Assembly: GCA_038087875.1 (NCBI GenBank)
Contig: CM075983.1
Coordinates: 20,150,001-20,214,000 of the forward strand
DNA: 64,000 bases
DNA from: Malacoraja senta
Lineage: Eukaryota
Reading direction: 5' to 3'
Part shown: positions 49,258-61,250 of the stretch, in pieces
Layout: each line of letters begins with the position of its first letter
Numbering within the stretch: the first letter of the stretch is position 1
Notes under the pieces: model-generated
The model's input: only the letters and a program-made list of their open reading frames with translations
Databases searched by the model: none
Told to the model about the DNA's origin: nothing
Made by a program: the position numbers and the translations under genes

Positions 49258-49317
49258 GAGAGGAGGAATCAGTCTGAAGAAGGGTCTCGACCCGAAACGT
49301 CACCCATTCCTTCTCTC
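49258..49317 (+). ncRNA. Candidate type I hammerhead ribozyme within a mini-PLE (element continues to ~49368)
   Basis: Helix I GAGAGGAGGAAU-CA-GU / AC-CC-AUUCCUUCUCUC. Core CUGAAGA+A. Helix II GGGU(CUCG)ACCC. GAAA, palindromic ACGU helix III, predicted cleavage after GUC (C49301). Confidence 0.7.
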
Positions 49318-50769
49318 CAGAGATGCTGCCTGTCCTGCTGAGCAACTCCAGCATTTTGTGTCTATCTATGTTATTCAGAGAGGCTGGTGGGGGTGAGGAA
49401 CGGGCAGTTTGGATGGGTGGGGTTGTGGGGCAGGGGGGGAGGGCAGTGTTTGGGTGGGTGGGGGGGGGGTGGGGAGGGCAGCCTGGAGGATTAGGAAACA
49501 GATTGAGAGTAACGTTATATACTGGGGATACACTGGAGAGGGAATTATCTTAAAAGTAAGACAAGAAACCAACTGTACAGCCAGCATTCTTTAAAAAGTA
49601 GAAACTTGTAGAATTGTACCATGGTTCGAATTGGCGCTACAATAATAAAGCACAAACCTCCAATCTTGACTCTGTAATTATGCAGTTGGAATTGATGAAA
49701 GCAGCCTGTAAGTAAAGGCAGGGAAACAATAGTGCCTGTACATTGCGTCATTGGGTCATAAGTGCTCATCACTTCTTCTCCTCCCACACACTTATCCAGG
49801 CTCTCCTCAATGCTCACAAGACAGATTGTTAATTACCCTTCTCCCACAAGTGAGTTCCCAATTGAGTGATTCGCACATCGATAGATAACCAGATGCAGAT
49901 CGGGGGGGGGGGGAGGGGGGAGGGGGGGAGGGGGAGGAAGGAGTGCTCTGCAAATTTCATTTTGAGATTATTTACACTATTTGTATGGTGTTAATTTTTT
50001 TTTTGAAAGATGAATCATTGCATCCATCAGGGTACTGTTTTAGTGCTGGCACATACAATGTTTTCATACTTTACAAAACTTTGCCAACAATGAATACAAC
50101 ATGGGTTAGACAGAAAGTAAAGCTTCTTTGAATCTGACTCACTAAGCACACCCAGAGCACTGCAGTTAGATACAGCATTAAGTATAGGCCGAGCCAACCA
50201 ATTTATCTGATCTAAGATCAGGCCACCCAAAAATGAAGCACGTATTCCTATCCCCTTCTTGGCTAATAATCGGCTAAACTAAAACCGAGGCTAATCATCG
50301 GCAAACTGAGGCTAATAATTGCATGACTTCATTCCTAAACTTGATTAAACTTTGCAGAGTGCAGCTCAGCTTGATATCTACTGTATAGCCAATTGCCCAC
50401 AGTCTACAAAATAACAGAAAATGCTGGAAATGCTCAACAGGCCAGGCTGCACTTTTGTGAATGGAAACCAGCTTAACATAGCAGATAATTGACCATTGAT
50501 CATAACTGTAGAATTGGTTTCAATATTTTGGCAGACCTTACATGTTGCATCAGATTACCTTATTCATTCCTTTTGCTTCTACTGGGTCACTCTCAACCGT
50601 CTCCTTTCAAGGAGGAAGTCCCATTTTCTCCAGACCTTTGATTGCACATTAGCCCATCCTTCAGCCCCAGAGACCAGCTTTGTTTCTCCTCTCATATGCA
50701 CCTACATGGTCTCAATGCAGTTAACCCAAAGTAAATACAGTTGTGAAGATGTCATAGAACAAAATAGTG

Positions 50770-51232
50770 AAAGGCCTGGATAGAGTGGATGTGGGGAGGA
50801 TGTTTCCACTAGTGGAAGAGACTAGGACCAGAAGTCATAACCTCAGAATAAAAGGATGTACTTTTAGAAAGGAGATGAGGAGGAATGTCTTTAGTCAGAG
50901 GTGAATCTGTGGAATTCGTTATCACAGAAGGCTGTGGAGGCCAAATCAATGGATATTTTTAAGGTAGATGTAGGAGCCATTAAACGTAAAATATACCTCC
51001 TAACCATCCCGGAGGAGTAATGGCTATCAAAGTTGGACTTTGAGTACGTCGTAAAGACTGCCATTATAGTAGAGATTAACATATTCTTGATTAGTAAGGG
51101 TGTCAGAGGTTATGGGTAGGAGGCATAAGAATGGGATTGAGAGGGAAAGATAGATCAGCCATGATTGAATGGCAGAATATACTTGATGGGCCAAATGGCC
51201 TAATTTTGCTCCTATAACCTATGAGCTTATGA
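50770..51232 (+). mobile_element. CR1 3' end containing a 100-bp insert (50969-51068)
   Basis: Homologous to 53490-53775 and to the reverse complement of 8420-8760. Confidence 0.85.
50969..51068. mobile_element. 100-bp solo-LTR/TRIM-like insert
   Basis: 5-bp TSD GTAGA, ends TGTAGGAGC...GCCATTATA, absent from the sister CR1 copy at 53600. Confidence 0.55.
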
Positions 51233-52439
51233 AAACCTGCACAATGTTAGTGTCAGGTCTCCTGATTGTAATTAAAAGAATACGTCGGTTGACACTCATG
51301 CCGTGTTTCCCAGAATGAGAGCATTAGTAGAAAAAGGGATGATTATAGCATTTAATGCATAGAAATGCAATGCAGACATCACCACGTGAATCCTCCTCTC
51401 ACTGCTGTTGTATGCTGGGAACCTGGTTAAGGGCACATCCCTCCAGTGTTATTTAGTGACTTAGTTAGTTTAATTTATTGTCACATGTAACAAGGTATAG
51501 TGAAAAGTTTTTTTGTTGCACGCTATCCAGTCAGCAGAAAGACTAATCATGATTACGATCAAGCTGTCCACAGTGTACAGATCCAGGATAAAGGGAATAT
51601 TGTTTAGTGCTAGATAAAGTCCAGTAAAGTCCAATTGAAGATAGTCCGAGAGCCTCCAATGAGGTAGAAGGTAGTCAGGACCGCTGTATAGTTGGTGATA
51701 GGATAGTTCAGTTGCCTGATTGCACTGCGTAATAATGAAACTGTTGGTGATCTCAGTGCCTGGTGCCTTGGTGTGGAGTAAGTCACGGAGACAACATGCA
51801 GTGGTTGCCTGTGAGGCCTATAGTTTGGCAGGCTGGGCTAGTGGTACAGCACTGGGGTAGAAGCACAGGGCCACCTCCTGGGCTGCACAGTGACTGCGGG
51901 CCATTGCCAAGGATTGGCAGCGGCTGCGACATTTGTCGACAAGCTTCCCATTTCTCAGAGTCTCTGTCATCATCTCCGGTCGCCTGTGATAGAAGCAGCT
52001 ATCACTCCCTCTCCTGGTTCAGATGCACAGCTCTCCCTAGGGTGGTGGTTTCTCTAGAGTAACAAGCTCAACAGTAGACACAGTCTGCCTCTGCATAATG
52101 CCCCAATGGTTCATTCTAAACCGATCCTTGAAGCTCTGAGATTACCATTTGTTGACTGCTGGGTGACTGGCAGAGGTGGGGATTGTGTCATGTTTCTACC
52201 ACAACAGTGTACAAGGCAAGTGCTTGTCTCCTTGAAAGTACAAGGATAAATGCATTTGCGTGCATTCAGACAAGAGGACCAAGAGAACAATAACCAGTTA
52301 ACACTCTGCAGGGTTGTGGTAAGTGGGATGCCCGTATAGAAAAAATAGCAATCTTTTGATTGTTGTTTCATAAAGACCCTACCATCACTGCCAGTCCCCA
52401 CTCACCAGTACACTGTGGACTCTCCTTTCTATATAATTA

Positions 52440-52754
52440 GGCGGCACGGTGGCACAGCGGTAGAGTTGCTGCCTTACAGCACCAGAGACCCGCGTTCGAT
52501 CCTGACCACGGGTGCTGTCTGTACAGCGTTTGTACGTTCTCCTTGTGACCTGCGTGGGTTTCCCCCGGGTACTCCAGTTTCCTCCCACACTCCAAAGATG
52601 TACAGGTTTGTAGGTTAATTGGCTTTGGTAATATTGTAAATTGTCCCTAGTGTGTGTAGGATAGTGTTAGTGTGCGAGGATCGCTGGTTGGCGCGGACTC
52701 GGTGGGCCAAAGGGCCTGTTTCCACGCTGTATCTCTAAACTAAACTAAACTAAA
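52440..52754 (+). mobile_element. Full-length V-SINE (HE1-like)
   Basis: GGCGGCACGGTGGCACAGCGGTAG (A box), GTTCGATCC (B box-like), V-domain, (AAACT)n tail. Confidence 0.92.
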
Positions 52755-53224
52755 ATTTCTATGCAATCAGTAATGGGCTTGTGATATCCATACTTTTGTG
52801 GCTTTACGATATAACTTTTCTGTGTATTGCATTATACATCCTTCAGATTTATTAAGTAGTAGACTTGTGACAAAGTTTTTCGATCGCAACAGTCATTTTA
52901 TGCTGCCAAATTAGTTTAATCAACAAACTTATAGCTTTTTACATGTTTATTTCAGATTGCCGGTGCCTGAAGTTTTTTGATCTTGTAAATCACTGTTGCT
53001 TGCCTCCCTGCAGCAAGTGCTAGCAACATTAAACAGTCAGATAGAGCGGGAAGGGAGTTAATCCAAAGCAGTCAGCTGGTGAAATGAATCTGGAATACAT
53101 AGAAGATCCTGAGGGCTCTCGGTAGGATGAAAATGGAGGCGATGTTTCTTGTTGTGAATTAATCTCTGCATAGGACATTTTTAGTCCTCAATCACTACTT
53201 GATTTACAATCTATTCCCTTTATG

Positions 53225-53480
53225 CTATAACCCACCGTCGGTCCTACAAGCTTGAGGATGAAGCTTCCACTCCAGTTCTATGGCTTCTGAAGCAGCAGAT
53301 GAAGCCAGCAAGGGACTCACGCACTCTTCCACTGGTGGGGCAGGAGGTGCTTGGGGAAGCAGGTTGGTGGTCTGTTTGACTAGTGGTCCACCCCCTTCAC
53401 CATGTACTCCGAGCTTCTGTGAGTCTCGACTCACAAATTCCGATGCCATTCCAAATACCGCTTCTCCACTTTGAATGAGG
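53225..53480 (-). mobile_element. Degenerate RTE-clade LINE 3' end
   Basis: The minus frame reads TSCPTSGRVRESLAGFICCFRSH, resembling the RTE terminal CPxCGRxCxSxIGLxSH motif. Confidence 0.55.
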
Positions 53481-53489
53481 CTTTGAGAA

Positions 53490-53775
53490 CATAAGGATGT
53501 TCCTTTAGGAAGGAGATGAGGAGGAATTTCTTTAGTCAGAGGGTGGTGATTCTGTGGATTTCATTGCCACAGAAGGCTGTGGGGACCACCAATGGATATT
53601 TTTAAGGCAGAGATAGATAGATTCTTGCTTAGTACGGGTCTCAGGGGTTATGGGGAGAAAGCAGGAGACGGGTTTAGGAGGGAGAGATAGTTCTGCCATG
53701 ATTGAATGCCCTAGTAGATTTGATGGGCAGAATGGCCTAATTCTGCTTCTATCACATGAACATGAATTTATGAGC
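53490..53775 (+). mobile_element. CR1 3' end
   Basis: Same tail family as 8401 and 50770. Confidence 0.85.
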
Positions 53776-54609
53776 TTATCCTTCTATTCCTTTCTCTGCA
53801 CACGTGGTAATCTCTCATTGTGATGGGCTTTGAGAGCCTATCACACTGAATGTGGCCCGCCCTTCGAAACCAACCACATGTATTTAGAGCCTGGGCACTG
53901 GGGACATTGCCTGCGGATGGGATCCTGACAAATGTTCTTTCTCCATTTTGAGCAGTCATGGGCTAGAAGTTGCTCGGAGTCAGCGGGAACTTGGAACAAC
54001 TTTGACTACATTCTTGAAGCTTTCTCTCTGTTAGCTTGGTAATCTCCTGCATATCGCCCCAAAATACACTGTTGTTTATTAATTGCTGTTATCACTGCTC
54101 AAATTCACCAAAGCTCTCAATTACACTTCTCCTAACTCCATTCTAAATCATTCATATGCTCTCTGAAAACCATTTCCTGCCTCCGTTAGTACTTGTTAGT
54201 TTATCTCTTTCCTGGACGGAGATGCGACTTTTTCCGTATCGTGGAGCTGGCGGTCCCTTGACTTTCGGGAGCTCCAACAGCGGGACCCTGCGGATTTAAC
54301 ATCGTGGAACTCACGGTCCCTTGGTTAGGGACCGACTTCGGGAGCTCCAGGACGCAGGAGCTTCGACCGCCCCGATTGCGGGAACTTCGATCGCCCCTAT
54401 GCAGGAGCTTCAATCGCCGGCTGCAGGAGAAAAGGGGGGAAGAAGATAAGACTTTATTGCCTTCCATCACAGTGCGATGTGCATTAATTTTTATGTAGTT
54501 ACGTACCTTACTGCTTTTTAGGTATGACTGTATGGCAAATCAAATTGCTTGTATGTTCTTACATACTTGGCTAATACATTCTTTGTATCTAACTTGTATC
54601 TATCTATCT

Positions 54610-54912
54610 TTAGTTTAGTTTAGAGATACAGTGTGGAAACAGGCCCTTTGATCCACCGAGTCCACGCCAACCAGTAATCACCCTTACACTAGCACTATCC
54701 TACACTCTAGGGACAATTTACAATTTACCGAAGCCCATTAACCTACAAACTGTATGCCTTTGGAGTGTGGGAGGAAACCGGAGCACCCGGGGAAATCCCA
54801 CGCGGTCACAGGGAGAACGTATGAACTCCTTACAGACTGCACCTGTAGTCAGGATCGAACCCGGGTCTTTGGTGCTGTAAGGCAGCAACTCTACCGCTGT
54901 GCCACCATGTTG
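54610..54912 (-). mobile_element. V-SINE (HE1-like)
   Basis: Reverse complement of the family sequence. Confidence 0.88.
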
Positions 54913-56261
54913 CCATTCTTTTAATCTGTTAACTCATCTGGAGTTCTTTATTAACCTTTCTCAATCTTTTGATAGCTGTCTCTGTGTCCTGCCCTCTGAT
55001 TGCTAGGATTGCCTTTCATCCTGCCTTACCAACAACCTCTTTCCTCCTTCATTCTATCTTTCTGTAATCATTTATTGTCAGCTCTCAGTTAACTTCTGTG
55101 TAACTTAATGCTTTCTATAATAACTCTCCAATTCATTGCTAGACCTCCTTTTTCTTTATAATCTGTTCAGAAGCCTTCGGTTTGAACATAAACAATACTA
55201 AATACAGCAGATGGTTCTGGTTTTAGATGCAAGATTGGTTCTGAAATGAGAGTGGCGTTAACGGTTCTTATAATCCTTCACTTACATTTTACAGATTCAT
55301 TTTTCCAGTTGGCTTTCATGATACTGGTATGACATTCTCACTAAACCTCACAATACTGGCACCCAACAATACTGCAGATCCTGACACTCAACAGCTGAAT
55401 CAAAGCATTGATCCATTTGAGATTAATGCCATCAGGACACACTCCTCTCATGTGTAGAATTAGTTTGGTACATTATTCGCTTCTGTTGCACATGATTCCC
55501 ATTCAGCTGGTTTTCTTTTTCATTTGTTTCCACTGCATTCTGGTGGCTTACTGGCTATAGTTGTATGGATAGCTTCCATGAGGCAAACTTCCATTCTGAA
55601 TGTGTGAGCCAGATGTATCTCACTTCCAGATTGTGGTCCTTGGCTGCTGTCAGAGTTGAGTAGGGGCATCTTTCTGCACGGCTAGTCTTGTCACCAACCC
55701 ATGGGAAGAGTTGAGGCCTGAATCTTGCTATGAATGAGAGTCTGGTTAAATCTCTATGATTTTGACTTAGTTTGTTACATGTTTGATTTAACCATGTGTT
55801 ATACTCTGTAGATTATATTCCTACTGATGGTTATTCTTTCTCGCTTTAACCTGCAAAAATATCACAACAGAGATGAGTAAACATTGACGTTTAGTGTCAG
55901 ATAGCAGAAAAATAAGCAGACGGCTGTCATGCACTGATTGTTGAACATTTCACTGTCATAGAGTGATACAGCATGGAAACAGGCCGTTCAGCCCAACATG
56001 CCCACGCTGACCAACATGCCCCATTTACACTAGTCCCACCTGCCTGCATTTGGCCTATATCCCTCTGAACCTGTCTTATCCATGTGCCTGTCCACTTATT
56101 TTTTAAACATTGTGATGGTACCTGCACATTGTGATAGTACTTGCAGTGATGCGTTATTGAACTGTCCTGAAAGAAAATGTCCAAAATTCATTCCAGAGAA
56201 TGAGCTGAATTGATGTGGTCCCAAATAAAATTTAGAATTGTGTTAGAAAAATAGTTGCAGT

Positions 56262-57131
56262 TGGGATAAACACCTGTTATATGTGCATAAATGCTCGATT
56301 AACGTAAGACATACTCTAATTCAATTTAAAACTTTACATAGATTATACTATTCAAAAGCTAAATTAAGTAAATTTTACCCAAATACCTCTTCTATCTGTG
56401 ATAAATGCCTAACCCAAGAAGCAACTATAGCACATTCTTTTGTTTTTTGTATAAAAATCCAAAAATTTTGGAATGAAATTTTTGAAATTTTCACAAAATT
56501 ATTTGAAATAAAACTGAAACCGAATGCAGAACTGATTATTTTTTGGAACTATAGAAGCAAGTTTGGAGCTGACTTCGTTTCAAAGGAGCTTTCTTAATTA
56601 TGGCTTAATAACGGCAAAAAAACGTATACTGAAATTTTGGAAAAACGCTCCCACGCCAACGACAAAAATGTGGACTTCTAATATGTCGGAATTGTTACAC
56701 CTAGAAGATATGAGATTCCTCTTAGCAGGTAAACCAGACCATTTCCAAAAGATTTGGTCTCCATTTATCGACTTATTACAAACATAGGGTGCAACAAAAT
56801 GTTGATAATAAATGGTTTCAGGACCTGGCGAGGGGTGAGTAAAGATATGAAGTAGGTACATCCCTTTCATATTGTCCTATCTTATCTTATTTTTTCTTTT
56901 TTCTTTTTCCTGCTTTTGGTTTTTCTCTTTTTTTAACTATTTCTTGTGGTTTAGGTCCATATGGGTGTGCCTGGACCATTCTTTCAATCACTCACTTACT
57001 ATCTTTGCTAACTCTTTCTATCCTTTTCTCTTATTAAAGTTTAAAATAAGAAGTGGTACAAGAAAAGTATAAACTTACGTTTATTGGAGATCACTGTAAT
57101 GTACAATACTTCTAATTAAAAAAAATTAAAA
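56262..57131 (+). mobile_element. Second L1, short 5'-truncated copy of a different subfamily
   Basis: HKCSINVRHTLIQFKTLHRLYYSK...CDKC...SFVFC, frameshifted into ILKFWK...WSPF. A-rich tail. 15-bp TSD AAAAATAGTTGCAGT (56247-56261, 57132-57146). Confidence 0.92.
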
Positions 57132-57837
57132 AAAAATAGTTGCAGTCTGGAATGAAGGCAGAAATGATGACATTGCTGGTGGTTTTCTAAGGAAATGTAT
57201 TTTGCACAGTTATGTTTCACCAATATTACACTAATATTGTAATAATAATATTATGCATGGACCCAGAGTGTGATTGGGGCAGGTTGTAAAGCAGTAGCTA
57301 TCACAGGTGCAAGGAGCTTCAGAGTAACATTTCTCCTGATTGCCTCTTTAAGGGATTGCATGGAAACACTACTGTAAATTTCCTCACCTGGCAGAAATCT
57401 CACCAATAACTTAGATGCAGGATCTGACTGCTCAGAAACTGCATCTGATCACTTTCATCATAAAAAGGACACATTTTGATGTTTAACTCAGCAATTTTTA
57501 CCCAAGAACTTTATCACTCTGATCTGGCAAAAGCAAATACATCCACAGTATGAAAGGATGTATACTTTACAACTTCCAATAAATTTGAAACACAAATATA
57601 GATTCAGGCAATACAGCATGCAGAGAGCTGCGGTTTAACATACGATCCCAATTATGGCCATAAATTCCTCCACTGCTCCTTTTTAATTGCGTTCACCCCA
57701 TGGATAATTATCACTAAATGTTAGTTTCTTTATCTCTCAACTGTAACTCAGAACTGTGTGTTTCCTTTCTTCTATATGTCCCTTAAATCTGCTGGAGTGG
57801 TGCGATTATGGAATCCATCAGGTGAGTTTCTCATTGG

Positions 57838-58012
57838 TAGAAACAAAGAACTGCAGATGCTGCTTAATATAAAAAGGCACAAAATGCTGGAGTAACTCAG
57901 TGGGTCAGGCAGCAACCCTGGAGAACATGGATAGATGATGTTTCGGGTCAAGACCTTTCTTCAGACTCATGTTCTCTGGGGATGCTGCCTGACCGAGTTA
58001 CGAGAGCACTGT
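57838..58012. mobile_element. Palindromic mini-PLE (degenerate)
   Basis: GAACTGCAGATGCTG...TTTCGGGTCAAGACCTTTCTTCAGAC followed by a shortened inverted arm. Confidence 0.7.
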
Positions 58013-58711
58013 GTACCTTAGTTACTCCATGGTGTTTGTTAGTGCTTCAATAATTCAAGGTTTTCATAAGAGTGAGATCTTAACCCTTTCTTGTTGTGAT
58101 GTGCTTGGAGTTGTGGAGGGTGTGGTGGGAGGGGGGGGGGGGGGTGGTGACGGGGTGAGGGTGGGAATGGGAGGGGGGGTTGAATGTGGGCAGTGGGCCA
58201 AATCCAGCACAAGTAGATCCACTTCAGAATCAACAGAAACATTTTTAGTTTTTAGTAAAGGATCAAATACTAGAATCATTGGCATTATAATAGTGATGCT
58301 GAAGAATGGAGCAAATCTTTAATGCGATTAGACTATTTACTTTAACATTATTCTTATTATCATCTATAAAGCTGCTCTACTGCTGGAAATAATGATTACA
58401 CACTCCAAGGATCCCTACCGCTTAAAAAAAAATCCCAGCTCTAAATCACAGCATGTTGCCCCTTGCAATCTATTCATTGTCCCAATCCCTTCATATCTTT
58501 TGTTCACTTTGCCTGAGTGAATTTTATTCAGTCTGTCCTACCGCAAGAACCACAGCCACAGTATTTTTCATGTGTACAAACTAAAGCTGGCTCACTATCA
58601 AATCTAATTGGATCTTGGATGTTCAGACGGTCTCCTGCACTTCCTCCCAATGTCTCGTTCAAAGGTCTCCTGGCTTTTCCTTTACTCCCAACAGAAAGAG
58701 TTCACTCTTTT

Positions 58712-58810
58712 CAGAAGCCCCCCCAGATCCCCACTCTTCCTACCACCACCTTCTGTAACCCAAGAAGGTGGTGGTAGGAAGAGTGGGGATCTGGGGGGGG
58801 GGGGCTTCTG
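58712..58810. repeat. Local inverted duplication (~43-bp arms, 8-nt loop)
   Basis: CAGAAGC7AGATCCCCACTCTTCCTACCACCACCTTCT and its reverse complement (longer G-run). Confidence 0.9.
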
Positions 58811-59906
58811 TAACCAGCATTTACAACATGCCATAGGCCATTCAGCCCAACAATCTGCATCGACACTCACCCACCACAGAGAGAAAAAGGTTCTCCCGGG
58901 TTCCTCTCTGCCCGCCTTGTGTATTTGTAAACGCATATATTGTGTATTTAAATATCACATTTGGAGCAAAGTTGGAGCAAAGTTTCACACGGAGCAAAGT
59001 TCACACTTGGAGCAAAGTTTCTCGTTTGGCTGTAAACAGCTTAAACTTGAAGGTTTTCTTTTCTAAAGCAGGATCAAAGCTGATTCGTGCTGGAAATCAA
59101 TTCTACTTTCTCTCATTGCCGTCTGCTCTCACTCAGGGGCAGACATAAATGGGGAAAATAATCAGCACCATCAGTAATTTATAACAATACATTTTGTTGT
59201 GAATGTCTTTGAGACCATGATGTCTGCCTGCAGTCATTGCCAAGGCTTGCCTTTTGATCTCAGCCAGACATTTCTCCTCCCAACCATTAGCAGGTGCACC
59301 GCAGCCTTCCAGCACTGTTAGTTATTACATCCCAATTCCTCCCTGCTGTCGTGATAAAGTTGCTGACTCGTTAAGGTAAAACTCCATCAATTCGAAAACC
59401 TTTCTCATCCTTAACCAAATTACTTGTTCTCAAACGCAAACTTCTATGTGTTTAAAGGATCAGAATCGACTACCTGGCAAAAGCTTTTAACCCTCCCATG
59501 ACCCCCTGTCACTGCATTCATATATAAATTGTGTCATTCTATCTGACTTTTATTGTAGACATTGAAACCTGGCCAAAAGTCCCAGAACCATTTCATAACT
59601 TTGATCGTGCTATTTCTACTCAGTTAGGGGCTATATATTGTTACTGCAAGATTTTATTTGACACTTTCTGTTTATTATTGAACTCATAAATATCAGGGAT
59701 TGAAGTTGGAATGAACTTGAACAGAGCAGTTTAACTGTTGTATCAGAAGGCTGTCTGATTGACATTACTTGCCGGACCTCTTTTATACTCTCTGCTTGAC
59801 ACAAACATAATAAGGCAGATGAAGATTGAGTGCAGGCCCCAAATGACAACACTCAGCCTGTCATGAGGTGACGATTGGGTTTTGTGGAGTCTTGCGTGTG
59901 TTAGAT

Positions 59907-59980
59907 GGGGAGTACAGTTGAGACAATCCACACAGTCCTAACTGGGGAGTACAGTTGAGACAATCCACACAGTCCTAACT
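59907..59980. repeat. 37-bp tandem duplication
   Basis: GGGGAGTACAGTTGAGACAATCCACACAGTCCTAACT x2. Confidence 0.92.
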
Positions 59981-60250
59981 TTTCCCTCAGCTGGCCCTTA
60001 CAACGTTGCCATTGTTTTATGTGCATTGCAGGACTAACATACAAGATTAATCTCACTGCCTCAGTTATGTGAACTTCGCCATTGACAGCCACATCAGGGA
60101 AATATGGAGACACTTAGAAAACTCTAATTTCTTCTGTGTCTTGTGCTGGAGCACATTGTAATGTGGGAAACAATTTATAATTCTGCAGGGTCCCTTCAAC
60201 AGCAATTCTTAATTGCCAAGGACAAAAGGATGACTGCCACACTCAACATT

Positions 60251-60562
60251 AATAGTAAGATTAAATGAGAACTTACCTAAGTTTGAAGTTTGATCTTTAT
60301 TTTATGAGGAGTTACGTAGGTGATTACGTGAAGAACCCCACCAGTGCGCCTGCGCGTCAATCTTCAAAGCAGCGGTGTGAAATCACAAAAAACAACAACC
60401 GAAGTAATATAGTCTCATACTAAAACGAGTAAGACAAGAACTTCCATCTGACCTTTATGATAGAGGGTAGGGTCGTGGTGGGCACGTAATCACCTACGTA
60501 ACTCCTCATAAAATAAAGATCAAACTTCAAACTTAGGTAAGTTCTCGTTTAATCTTACTATT
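60251..60562. repeat. 80-bp inverted repeat: DIRS 3' terminal segment and matching ICR half
   Basis: 60251-60330 is the reverse complement of 60483-60562 with one visible mismatch. Confidence 0.9.
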
Positions 60563-61250
60563 TTACTTCGGAGTCACGTGAGTGACTACGTGAAGATTTT
60601 AAAGCTTTGTGATTTCATGCCGTGGATCAATCCCGGCTTCTCACTGCATAGATTGACTCGGAACGAGAATAATCAATCATGCATTCATAATAACATTTGT
60701 ACCACAAATGCAGTAATTCATTTCAATAATGAAATGAATCAGATCCCCTTTAAACCAGAGGAATTTACACAGAACTTAAAATAGTTTCTGCAAACAACCC
60801 CGCATTAACAATAGGCCGATGGTAAAAATGTTGAAATATCAACTCATTGGACCACCCGGCGGCTGCGAGGATATGGTCGACGGGGCCGTCTTTTGCCCTG
60901 GCCGCCGACATTTCTGCTGCCCTAGTCGAGTGAGACGTAAAAACATAAGTGTTAATACCAGCAGCTGTCAAGACTTCTTTTATCCATCTGGAAATAGTCT
61001 GTATTGAAACTCTCTTGTGTGGTTTCTTGTGTGTGATCAAAAACCCAGTTTCCGTATTCTCAAATTCTTTGTGACCTCAATGTATTGTAATAAATATGTC
61101 TTAATACAGAGACATGGATCATTTGGATATGCTGCCAGCATAATTTTAAATCCTGTCACACCTGGCCTAATTTGCTTTAGTAGGTCATAGATATAGAATG
61201 TAACCTTGTCTTCAGTTACTTCCATACTGTCTATTTGTAATTTTCCAAGT

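Noticed and set aside
52440-52515. tRNA-like sequence with A and B boxes
   Set aside because: It is the head of a V-SINE present in more than ten copies, not a tRNA gene.
59100-59180. Acceptor-like CTCAG followed by GADINGENNQHHQ (ankyrin-like GADIN)
   Set aside because: A stop follows immediately, there is no TPLH-type continuation or good donor, and no other exons were found.
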